Of a stretch of 64,000 nt of DNA, positions 53,826-64,000 are shown piece by piece. Position numbers and translations under genes: made by a program. Source of the stretch: an uncultured delta proteobacterium. GTDB taxonomy: Bacteria > Myxococcota_A > UBA9160 > UBA4427. Under the pieces are notes generated by a model. That model had not been told where the DNA came from. It saw only the letters and a list, made by a program, of their open reading frames with translations, and ran no database searches. How positions within the stretch are numbered: the first letter of the stretch is position 1; every line of letters starts with the position of its first letter. The stretch is from positions 320,001 through 384,000 of the forward strand of contig CAWGJT010000010.1 of NCBI GenBank assembly GCA_963822965.1, given 5' to 3'.

Positions 53826-55229
53826 ATGGTCCTTCTCGAACGGCGGAGGAGCGCGCATCCGGCGCCGGACCGGCGCCCACGCACGGTCGCTCGCGCGCTG
53901 GCCGCCGCGGCGGTCGCCGGCTGGCTCGTCAGCGCCCTCGGCTGCGCCACCTACTCGGAACGCATCGAGTCGGCGACCCAGCGCCTCTCCCGGGGCGACT
54001 TCCCGGGCGCCATCGACGAAGTCGACGACGTGCTCGGCGTCGACTCGCCGGACGAGCTGCCGGACCACTGGGGACCCGACCGCCCGCTGGCCGTGCTCGA
54101 GCGTGGCTCGCTGCAGCAGGCCGTCGGCAACTTCGAGGGCAGCGTTCGCGACCTGAGCGCCGGCGAGACCGAGCTGGAGCTGCTCGACTACAAGACCGAC
54201 ACGGCAGGGCAGATCGGGAAGTACGTCTTCAGCGACAGCGCCCAGGACTACGAGACCCCGCCCACCGAGCGGCTCGCCCTGAACGCGGTCAACATGCTCA
54301 ACTACCTGGCGATCGGCGACTTCGCCGGGGCAGCCGTCGAGGCGCGACGCTTCACGGTGATGCGCGACTACCTCGCCTCGGTCGGACTCGACCGACACGC
54401 TTCCTTCGGTGCGTACCTCGCCGGGCTGGCGTTCGAGCGCCTGGGCGAGGGAGACCGGGCGCTTCGCTACTACGAGGAGGCCATGGAAGGGGGCGTCCTG
54501 CCGACCCTGGCCGAGCCCGTTTCGCGTCTCGCCCGCGCGAACCCCTACCGCGGGCCCCGCATCCGGGAGCTGCTCGCGGAGGCGCCTTCGGGCCCGCAGG
54601 CCGGGGTGCCGAGCGAGATCGTCACGGTGCTCTCCCTCGGGCGCGTGCCCTACAAGGTGCCGGAACGCATGCCCATCGGTGCCGCCATCGGCGTCGCCGG
54701 AACCTACATCACGGGCAACCCGGAGGTGCTGGCGCGCAGCGTCTTCAAGGTGGTCGTCTATCCCGACCTCAAGGACTCGGGAAGCCTCGCGCGCGACGGG
54801 CAGGTGCAGATCGACGGAAACGTGGCGCCCGTCGACCGACTCTCGAGCCTGGGTGCGGACATCCGTAGGGAGTACGAGCTGATCAAGCCCCGGATCATCG
54901 CAGCCGCGTTGACGCGAATGATCGCCCGGGCCGGGGCGGCCGAGGCGGCTCGTTATGCCGGTCGACAGGCGGGGGGCGGCGTGGGGCAGGTCGTCGGCTT
55001 GCTGGCGGCACTCGCCACCGAGGGCGCCCTCGTGGGCCTCGACAAGCCCGACACGCGTTCGTGGACGATGCTCGCCGACTACGTGCTCGTCTCGCGCAGG
55101 GTCGTCGAGCCCGGCGACCACGTCGTGAAGGTGCGAGTGAGCGGACCCTCCCTCGCGATCGTACGCGACGTTCCCGTCAGCGTCCCGAAGCACGGGGTCG
55201 TGGTGGTGGTGGTGACGGAGCCGCGCTAG
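53826..55229 (+). CDS. COG3014-like TPR lipoprotein
   Basis: Lipobox ALGC; NYLAIGD; AAVEARR; PDTRSW; adjacent to the LpoB-like gene. Confidence 0.75.
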   Translation: MVLLERRRSAHPAPDRRPRTVARALAAAAVAGWLVSALGCATYSERIESATQRLSRGDFPGAIDEVDDVLGVDSPDELPDHWGPDRPLAVLERGSLQQAVGNFEGSVRDLSAGETELELLDYKTDTAGQIGKYVFSDSAQDYETPPTERLALNAVNMLNYLAIGDFAGAAVEARRFTVMRDYLASVGLDRHASFGAYLAGLAFERLGEGDRALRYYEEAMEGGVLPTLAEPVSRLARANPYRGPRIRELLAEAPSGPQAGVPSEIVTVLSLGRVPYKVPERMPIGAAIGVAGTYITGNPEVLARSVFKVVVYPDLKDSGSLARDGQVQIDGNVAPVDRLSSLGADIRREYELIKPRIIAAALTRMIARAGAAEAARYAGRQAGGGVGQVVGLLAALATEGALVGLDKPDTRSWTMLADYVLVSRRVVEPGDHVVKVRVSGPSLAIVRDVPVSVPKHGVVVVVVTEPR

Positions 55230-55389
55230 AGGCCCGGCCGGAAAGTGTACCGCGGCACCGAGAGCGTCATCCGCGGCGTCCTGGCAAGGCGCGCGACCGA
55301 GGCGTAGCCGAAGCTACGGCGACGGGAGCGGAACGCAGCCGGGGCGCCGCGGGGCGCTCGAATGCAGGTCGCACTTTCCGGCCGGGCCT
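55230..55389. mobile_element. MITE-like palindromic element (160 bp) with 18-bp terminal inverted repeats
   Basis: aggcccggccggaaagtg ... cactttccggccgggcct; CTAG at both flanks; internal stems; no transposase. Confidence 0.7.
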
Positions 55390-55395
55390 TCCTAG

Positions 55396-55567
55396 GAGCC
55401 TTCAGCCCAGGAGAAGAGCCTTCAGCCCAGGAGAAGAGCCCTCAGCCCAGGAGAAGAGCCCTCAGCCCAGGAGAAGAGCCCTCAGCCCAGGAGAAGAGCC
55501 CTCAGCCCAGGAGAAGGAGCCCTCAGCCCAGGAGAAGAGCCCTCAGCCCAGGAGAAGAGCCTTCAGC
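55396..55567. repeat. 20-bp tandem repeat (8 full copies plus a partial)
   Basis: gagcc(t/c)tcagcccaggagaa units; the last partial copy contains the coaX stop. Confidence 0.93.
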
Positions 55568-56358
55568 GGTTCTTCTCGAACAGGATCCGCAGCCCTTCGA
55601 GGGTCAGGAACGGGACCACCTCTTCGATCGTGCTGGTCTCCCGGGCGATGCGCCCCGCCAGGCCGCCCGTGGCGATCACCCGGGCGGGCTGCTCGTCGAG
55701 CTCGCCGTCGGATGCGCTCCACCATCGAGTCGACCAGGCCCGCGTAGCCGTAGAGCAGGCCCGACTGGAGGGCCCCGGTGGTGGTCTTGCCGATGACCTG
55801 CCTGGGGCGGGCGATCTCCACACGATGCAGCTTCGAGGTGCGCTCGAAGAGCGCCTCCATCGAGATGTGGATGCCCGGGAAGATGCAGCCGCCCATGTAC
55901 TCGCCCTTGCCGGACACGCAGTCGAAGGTGGTCGCCGTGCCGAAGTCCACCGCGATCACCGGTCCGCCGAACATCTCGTAGGCGGCCACCGAGTTGACGA
56001 TGCGGTCGGCGCCCACCTCGTGCGGGTTCTCGTAGCGGACGGGCATTCCCGTGCGCATGCCGGGGCCGACGACGTGGGGCTCTCGGTCGAAGAGCTTGGA
56101 GATGACGCGCTCCCAGATCGGAAGCAGAGGAGGCACCACGCTCGAGATGATCACGTCCGTGACCTCCGAGGCGTCCCGCCCCTCCTGGGCGAAGAGGGCG
56201 CGCAGGGAGATGGCGAGCTCGTCGGAGGTGTGCTCGCGATGGGTGCTGAGCCGCCAGTGATGGATCGGGTCCTCCTTGCCCGGCGTCTGCTTCGCGTAGT
56301 CGAATACGCCGAGGGAGACGTTCGTGTTTCCGATGTCGATGACGAGCAGGACGGTCAT
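55563..56358 (-). CDS. coaX: Type III pantothenate kinase (one apparent frameshift near 55710)
   Basis: IDIGNT; GADR; DFGTATT; ATGG and LTLEGL continue in another frame. Confidence 0.88.
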
Positions 56359-57366
56359 CCGGCGGCTCCGGTCGGGGGCTCGGACAGGGTCACGTCGCCG
56401 GCGATGACGCGCTCCACCCGGCCGTCGTCGTGCTCCAGCTCGAGGGCGCCGTCGTGTGCGATGCCCATCGCGGTTCCCCGCAGCGTCTCGCCGTGCATGC
56501 CGTGCACCTCGATCCGGCGGCCGCGCATACGGAACCACGCGTCGAAGCGGCCGCGAAGGCCGTCGAAGCCCTTCTCGGCGTGCAGCTCGAACAGCTCCTC
56601 CAGGAAGCCGTACAGGCGTCGGGTGAAGGCGATCCGGTCGACGTGCGCGCCGGAGGCGGCCGCCAGGCTGGTGGCCCGGGAGCGGAACTCGTCCGGCAGC
56701 TCGTTCCTCTCGACGTTGAGGTTCACGCCGATCCCCAGGATCGCGAAGCCGACCCGGGTCGCCTCGGCGTTCATCTCCATCAGGATGCCCGAGGTCTTGA
56801 GCCCGTCGATCAGCACGTCGTTGGGCCACTTGATCTCGACCCGTCCCGGGTCCGCCAGTCCCGCCACCACGGCCTCGGCCACGCCGATCGCTGCGGCGAG
56901 GATGAGCGTGGGCGCCTCGCCGATGGTGAGATCGGGGCGCAGCACGATCGACGTGTACAGGTTGCGTCCGGGAGGCGAGAAGAACGATGCGTCCGAGGCG
57001 CCCCCGGCCCGCCGTCTGGTGCTCGGCGATGACGGTCGTGCCCTGGCCGGCGCCGTCGCGGGCCAGCTCGAAGGCCACCCGATTCGTCGAGTCGAGCTCC
57101 TCGAAGTAGAGGATCTCGCGGGCGAGCCAGCGGGTGTCGAGGCCTGCCTGGATCTCCTCGGGATAGAGCCGGTCCGGGACCCCGACGAGCTCGTAGCCGC
57201 CGCCCGGCGCCCCGGCGATCTCGTAGCCCCGCTGGCGCAGCAGCTCGACGTGCTTCCAGACGGCGGCGCGGGAAACGCCGAGATCCTCGGAGAGGGACTC
57301 GCCGGAGCGCTGCTTGCCCCGCGCGAGCCGAAGGGCCTCGAGCACGCGAGCCGCTCCCTCGTTCAT
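56355..57366 (-). CDS. birA: Bifunctional biotin ligase/repressor (apparent frameshift near 56990)
   Basis: HTH SRAAVWKH; STN; QTAGRGRLGR; KWPND; GIGVN. Confidence 0.88.
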
Positions 57367-58226
57367 CGCAGGGGCTCCTGGATCATCTCGAGCGCGAGGT
57401 CCGCGGCGGGGGCCGAGTGGGTGAGGGCGCCCACCGAGATGCGATGGACGCCGGAGGTGGCGTGCTCGCGCACGTTGTGCAGGCCGATTCCACCGGACGC
57501 CTCGAGCAGCACGCCCTGGGGCGCCTCCTGGGCGATGCGCCGGCACACCGCCGGCGGGCAGTTGTCCAGCAGCAGGAAGCTCGCGCCCGCGGCGATCGCC
57601 TCTTCGGCCTCTTCGGGGGACTGCACCTCGACCTGCACGCGCAGACCGGCCGGGGCTCCGGCGATGGCGGACTTGACGGCCGTCGTGACGCCTCCGGCCG
57701 CAGCGATGTGGTTGTCCTTCAGCAGGATGCCGTCGAAGAGGCCCACCCGATGATTGACGGCGCCGCCGACCGCCGCCGCGTACTTGTCGAGCACGCGCCA
57801 CCCCGGGAGGGTCTTGCGGGTGTCGACGATCGCGACGCCGGTCCCCGCGACCGCCTCGACGAAGCGGCGCGCCTGCTGCGCGATGCCGCAGAGTCGCGTC
57901 AGGAAGTTCAGCGCCGTTCGCTCGGCGGTGAGAATCGAGCGCACCGGGCCGGAGACGAGCAGCAGGGGGGCGTTCGCGCCGACGAGATCGCCCTCGGCCA
58001 CCCGGCGCTCGAGCACCAGGTCCGCGTCGACCTGCCGGAACACCTCCTCGGCCACGTCGAGCCCACAGACCACGACGTCCTCCCGGGCTTCGATCCGCGC
58101 GCGCCCCCGGGCGTCGGCCGGAATGGAGAGGGCCGAGGTGACGTCGCCGGGACCGACGTCCTCCGCGAGGGCCCACTCCACCAGGGGACGCCAGGCAGAA
58201 CGGGGCGGGCAGGCAGGGATGGACAT
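57363..58226 (-). CDS. nadC: Nicotinate-nucleotide diphosphorylase
   Basis: AERTALN; DTRKT; NHR; KDNH; LLDN; EASGG. Confidence 0.96.
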   Translation of the reverse strand: MSIPACPPRSAWRPLVEWALAEDVGPGDVTSALSIPADARGRARIEAREDVVVCGLDVAEEVFRQVDADLVLERRVAEGDLVGANAPLLLVSGPVRSILTAERTALNFLTRLCGIAQQARRFVEAVAGTGVAIVDTRKTLPGWRVLDKYAAAVGGAVNHRVGLFDGILLKDNHIAAAGGVTTAVKSAIAGAPAGLRVQVEVQSPEEAEEAIAAGASFLLLDNCPPAVCRRIAQEAPQGVLLEASGGIGLHNVREHATSGVHRISVGALTHSAPAADLALEMIQEPLR

Positions 58227-58340
58227 GGGGCAGGGCTCCTGCGCGCCGCCGGTGCGGGCGCGGACGCGGAGCTTAGCCCGGATCGTTCACGAGCTCCCGA
58301 TGGAAGGAGCCAGAGACCGGCCCGCGCGAGCGCGCAGGCC

Positions 58341-60191
58341 TCAGCCTTCGCCCTTCATGCGGCGGATCTCTTCCTGAATCAGCGTCTCCGCCATCTGCGG
58401 CACGATCTCCCAGACGACGGACTCGACCCGCTGCAGCACCTGCCGGACGATCGAGTCCGAGAGGTCCGCGAAGGCCTCCCAGGCGACCTTCTCGAGGGTC
58501 TCGTGGATCTGCTGCCGCAGGACGGGTGACACGTCGGGACCGCCCCCGGCGGCCATCCCGTAGTCCGTGGCCATCACCTCGGGCTCGATCGGGGCAGGCA
58601 CGGGGGCGCGAGCCGGCGCCGGCGGCGTCGTCGCCGACCCGGGACCGCCCGAAGCGAGCGGGTCCCCGAGGTCGGAGATCGAGACGTCGTAGTCACCGCT
58701 GTGGGTCGACTCGGCGGCATCGGCGATGGCCGGGGCGTCGAGCTCGGTGTCGAGGGTGGGGTCGCTCACCTCGAAGGCGTCGGGCTCGGGTCCCATTCCG
58801 GCCAGCGGGTCGGTGCTGTCGTCCGCCCCCAGGTCGGCCCGGGGGGCCTCCGGCGGCGCGGCGGGCATGCTGTCCTCGAACTCGAAGCCCGAGTCGGAGT
58901 TCACGACGGCCGGAGGAATGGATGCCGAGACGGCCGGAGGCACGGGTGCCGAGACGGCCGGAGGCACGGGTGCCGAGACGGCCGGAGGCACGGGTGCCGA
59001 GACGGCCGGAGGCACGGGTGCCGAGACGGCCGGAGGCACGGGTGCCGAGACGGCCGGAGGCACGGGTGCCGAGACGGGCGGAGGCACGGGTGCCGAGACG
59101 GCCGGAGGCACGGGTGCCGAGGCGACCGGAGGAGCCGGTGCCGTCGGGATCGGCGGCGGCGTGGGTCCGGCCGCGACGGACGGAGCCGGCGGCGGCGCGC
59201 TCGTCGGTCGGGGCGTCGGAGCCGGCGAGGGCGTCATCCGGGCGGGCTCGTCGAACAGATCGTCCGCGAGCATCGTCTCGGCGCGCTCCTCGCTCGGGGG
59301 CGGTCGGGGCGGCGCCGGGGCGACGCCGGGCTCGGCCAGTCGGGCGTCCAGCGACTCGACCCGAGGCGGCGCGCTCGCGAACTCGTGCTCGACGACGGTC
59401 TCGCCCAGGTGCACCTGGGTGGCGCCGGGCGCGGGAGGCGCTTGCGGGGTCGGCGCCGGTCGGCTCTCTTCCTCCAGCACCGCCACGGTCATGTCCTCGG
59501 CCCCGTCTCCCTCGTCGAGCTCGAAGTTGGTGTCGAGGGTGGCCGGCTCACCCGGCTCCTGGCCGGCGAAGGCATCGAGGTCCGAGCCGAACTCGAAGGC
59601 GTCGTCCAGGTCGCCGCTGCTCGTGGCGGCGGGCTCCTCGGGAGCGGCAAGCTCCTGGACCTCGTCGTCGAAGAAGTCGTACGTCTCGCTGTGGGCGGGC
59701 GGCGGCGTCTGCGGCGCCCGCTGCGGAGGCGCCTGCTGCGGGGGCGCCTGCTGCGGCGGAGCCTGCTGGGGCGGCGCCTGCTGCTGGGGCGGCGCCGGCG
59801 CGGCGGCGGGCGGCGCCGCCGGCGTCCGGGAGAGCAGGTCGGTGACCCGGTCTACCAGACCCTGTGCTTCGAACGGCTTCGTGATGTGTCCGTCGGAGCC
59901 GACCTCGCGTGCGCGGTTCTCGTCGAAGGCCTCGAACGTGCCCGTCAGCAGCAGCACGGGAATGTGGCGAAGGTCCGGGTCGGACTTGATCGACTGACAG
60001 ACCTCATAGCCGTTCTTGCCCGGCATCACGACGTCCGCCAGCACGAGGTCCGGACGCGCGGTGCGTGCCCGGGTGAGGGCGTCGTCCCCGTTGTCGGTAG
60101 TGATGAGCTCGACGTCTTCGTTGGCGAAGCTCAGGCCCACCAGCTTCTGGATCACGACGCTGTCGTCCGCCAGCAGCAGGGTCTTCGGCAT
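58341..60191 (-). CDS. romR: RomR-like polarity response regulator
   Basis: Receiver (LADDS; ADVVMPGK; LLTGTFEAFDE; TKPF); long Pro/acidic linker; C-terminal WEIVPQMAETLIQEEI. Confidence 0.8.
   Translation of the reverse strand: MPKTLLLADDSVVIQKLVGLSFANEDVELITTDNGDDALTRARTARPDLVLADVVMPGKNGYEVCQSIKSDPDLRHIPVLLLTGTFEAFDENRAREVGSDGHITKPFEAQGLVDRVTDLLSRTPAAPPAAAPAPPQQQAPPQQAPPQQAPPQQAPPQRAPQTPPPAHSETYDFFDDEVQELAAPEEPAATSSGDLDDAFEFGSDLDAFAGQEPGEPATLDTNFELDEGDGAEDMTVAVLEEESRPAPTPQAPPAPGATQVHLGETVVEHEFASAPPRVESLDARLAEPGVAPAPPRPPPSEERAETMLADDLFDEPARMTPSPAPTPRPTSAPPPAPSVAAGPTPPPIPTAPAPPVASAPVPPAVSAPVPPPVSAPVPPAVSAPVPPAVSAPVPPAVSAPVPPAVSAPVPPAVSAPVPPAVSASIPPAVVNSDSGFEFEDSMPAAPPEAPRADLGADDSTDPLAGMGPEPDAFEVSDPTLDTELDAPAIADAAESTHSGDYDVSISDLGDPLASGGPGSATTPPAPARAPVPAPIEPEVMATDYGMAAGGGPDVSPVLRQQIHETLEKVAWEAFADLSDSIVRQVLQRVESVVWEIVPQMAETLIQEEIRRMKGEG
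58905..59120. repeat. 24-bp in-frame tandem repeat x9 (SAPVPPAV) in the RomR linker
   Basis: gacggccggaggcacgggtgccga units at 24-bp spacing. Confidence 0.93.
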
Positions 60192-60422
60192 TGTCTTCCC
60201 CCTCGACCCGACCCGGCCTGCGGGTGGTCGCGATGGTTCGCAGCGTACCTCGTGCGTACTATCGTCGCCTGACGCCTCGGAATTGAATGGATTTTGCCAG
60301 GGGATCCCGGCGCTGGACGAGGCGGGCTGTCAAGGTGAAGCTTCGGCGCTCCGATGTGGGTGTGAAAGCTCCCGTCGGGCGTTCTCCCGACGCGAGTCGG
60401 CGGTGCAAAGGGGAGCCGGGAG

Positions 60423-61157
60423 ATGAAGCTGTCCACCGCAGCTTGTACGGACGTGGGTCTGCGCAGACAGGCGAACGAGGACAGCTTCGCGACGGCTCCC
60501 GAGCTGGGGCTCTACGTGGTGGCGGACGGCATGGGCGGCCACCGGGCGGGCAAGGTGGCGAGCGAGCTCGCTACCGAGCACGCGCTGCGGGCGATCCGCG
60601 CCCTCCAGGGGGCGACGGCGAGCCCCGCCGAGAAGCTCCGTCAGGCGGTCTCCTGCGCGAATCGCGAGATCCACGAGACCGCCAGGACGCAACGCCCGAG
60701 CTCTCGGGCATGGGCACGACCCTGGTTGCCATCCTGGCCGGGGACGAGCGCGTGGCGCTGGCCCACGTGGGGGACAGCCGGGCCTACCTGATCCGCGCGG
60801 GTCGCATCCGCCAGCTCACCGACGACCACTCGCTGGTGGCGCGAGCTGGTGAGGCGGCGGCGAGATCAGCGAGGACGACGCCCGCGAGCATCCCCACCGC
60901 CACGTGCTGACCCGCGCGCTGGGCGTGCGCGCCCGCCGTCGAGCCGGACCTGGCGGAGCTGACGCCGGCGGCCGGCGACGTTTCGTGCTGTGCTCGGACG
61001 GCCTGACGACCCACCTGCGGGACGACGCGAGATCGCTGGAGCTGGTCGCCGCAGGATGCCGAGCTCGAGAAGGCCTGCGACACGCTGGTGGACATGGCGA
61101 ACGACCGCGGCGGCGAGGACAACATGACCGTCGTCGCTCGTCCGCTTCGACGGCTGA
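60423..61157 (+). CDS. PP2C Ser/Thr phosphatase (several apparent frameshifts)
   Basis: TDVG; NED; ADGMGG; GMGTT; HVGDSR; TDDHS; CSDGL; GGEDN spread over frames. Confidence 0.85.
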
Positions 61158-61252
61158 GCGGGCGACGCCGAAGGCGCCGCAGCTTTCGAGCCGGGGCCGG
61201 GCTCCGCGAGCTTGGAGAGTCAGCGAGCGGTGCACGAGCTTCGCCGTCGCGA

Positions 61253-62020
61253 CTACCGCGCTCGACCATGCCCTTCAGCTTGAGCGCAGGCGCAGCACCG
61301 CCTTCGTGTGGATCTGGCACACGCGCGACTCGGTGATGCCGAGGATGCTGCCGATCTCCTTCATGTTGAGATCTTCGTAGTAGTAGAGCGAGATCACCAG
61401 GCGCTCCTTCTCGGGCAGCGTGCCGATCGTGTCGGAGATCACGTGCTTGGTCTCGATGCAGCTTGAGCGAGGCGAAGGGGTTCTCGGAGTGGACGTCCTC
61501 GATGATGTCCGCGAAGGTGCCGGCGCGGTCGCCGTCGGAGTTCGTGCCGCGGATCTCCTCGAGGTTCACCAGCGAGATGCCGCGCACCTGGTTCAGCAGC
61601 TCGTGGAACTTGTCGATCTGGAGGCCCAGGGAATCGGCCACCTCGTCCTCGGTGGCGGTGTCGGCCGAGACGCTGCTCCACCTCGCCGTAGGCGCGCTCG
61701 AGCTTGCGGCTCTTCTGGCGCACGCTGCGCGGAACCCAGTCGAGGGAGCGCAGCTGGTCGAGGATCGCGCCCTTGATGCGGAACTCGGCGTAGGTCTTGA
61801 ACTTGCAGTTCTTCTCGGGATCGTACTTCTCGATCGCGTCCATCAGACCGATGACGCCCGTGTTGTGCAGGTCGTCGAGGTCGATGTGGGACGGAAGCCG
61901 TACGGCGATGCGGTTGACGATGTAGCGGATGAGGGGCGTGTGCTCGAGGACGATCTGCTCCTTGAGCGTCGGCGGGATCTCGTTGTACTTCTCCTTGGCA
62001 TCGCGGAGCAGCGTCTCCAT
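61253..62020 (-). CDS. fliA: FliA/WhiG sigma factor (several apparent frameshifts)
   Basis: [37 protein letters not shown]; end approximate. Confidence 0.85.
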
Positions 62021-62489
62021 CCGACGGGTTCTCCTGGGAGTGGCTTCGTGCATTCCACGGGCCGGCTCTGTGCCTACCCGCCGTGTGACGGGCGGGTGGG
62101 ACTGCACGGCTGAATGCCAACGCTGGTACTGGAATCGCCCGGGGTCCCGAATTCGAGACGCAGCAGCCGCAATCGCGTCGTTCTCGACGCCGCAACCAAC
62201 TGGAGTGGCAAGGGAATTCGATTTCGACGCACAGGGGCTGCGCTGTGCAACGCCGTGCGGACCGGTGGTGCCGCCGCGGGCGGCGGCCCGGCGGCTCTGG
62301 CGCAGGAGCGTTGGGATTTTGGCGGGACTGCGCGCCCGGGAGTTACGAAACCGTCGCTCGGTACCCGGGTCGGTCGCCGCTTGCGACCGACCCGGGCAGG
62401 GGGCACGGGGACGGGGGCTGGCGGCGCGGCGGGTGGAGTACGGGGATGCCCGCGCCTGCGGTGGAGGACCGCTTCGCGTGGAGGACCGT

Positions 62490-63899
<1,410 letters not shown>

Positions 63900-64000
63900 C
63901 TCTTCATGGGGAGGGCGCAATCCTCCGGCAGAGCGGAGGGGGGTGCCGCGCATTGTAGAGGCAGGCTTCCCGGCATTCAAGCATTCTTCGCACCGGCGAT

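Noticed and set aside
55543..58176. 877-aa ORF suggesting a BirA-CoaX fusion
   Set aside because: Artefact of the birA frameshift; the true birA frame stops at 56355, overlapping the coaX ATG

Overview
High-GC bacterial chromosomal segment. The romR, mglA-like, dnaK-hsp20-lon and T2SS content suggests a Myxococcota-like deltaproteobacterium (inference). Contents in order: a type II secretion operon (gspC-K, minus strand); dnaK-hsp20-lon-ompA/motB-glycerate kinase; class I aldolase; a flavin reductase / DsbA-like selenoprotein (in-frame UGA in UPWC plus a SECIS-like hairpin) / SDR cluster; an HxlR-CMD divergon; a PEP-CTERM protein; a 44-bp tandem array abutting tRNA-Leu(GAG); pgk-tpiA-secG; acpS followed by apparently inactive penicillin-acylase and DinB homologues; PilZ; gpgS; EPS genes; a second lon; tRNA-Leu(CAG); ABC-F; Rrf2-JAB-TolB-like-sat-ald-gdh; a hypothetical / MglA-like pseudo-GTPase / GAF-degenerate GGDEF operon; an LpoB lipoprotein cluster; a MITE with a 20-bp array; romR-nadC-birA-coaX; PP2C; fliA; and a sigma54 response regulator. 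Frameshifts cluster beyond about 55.5 kb and are most likely long-read errors. The best leads are the hidden selenoprotein, a possible c-di-GMP-coupled RomR/pseudo-MglA polarity module, the coupled pseudoenzymes, a secretin-SPOR fusion and the tRNA-linked repeat array. All calls come from motif recognition only; no searches were run.
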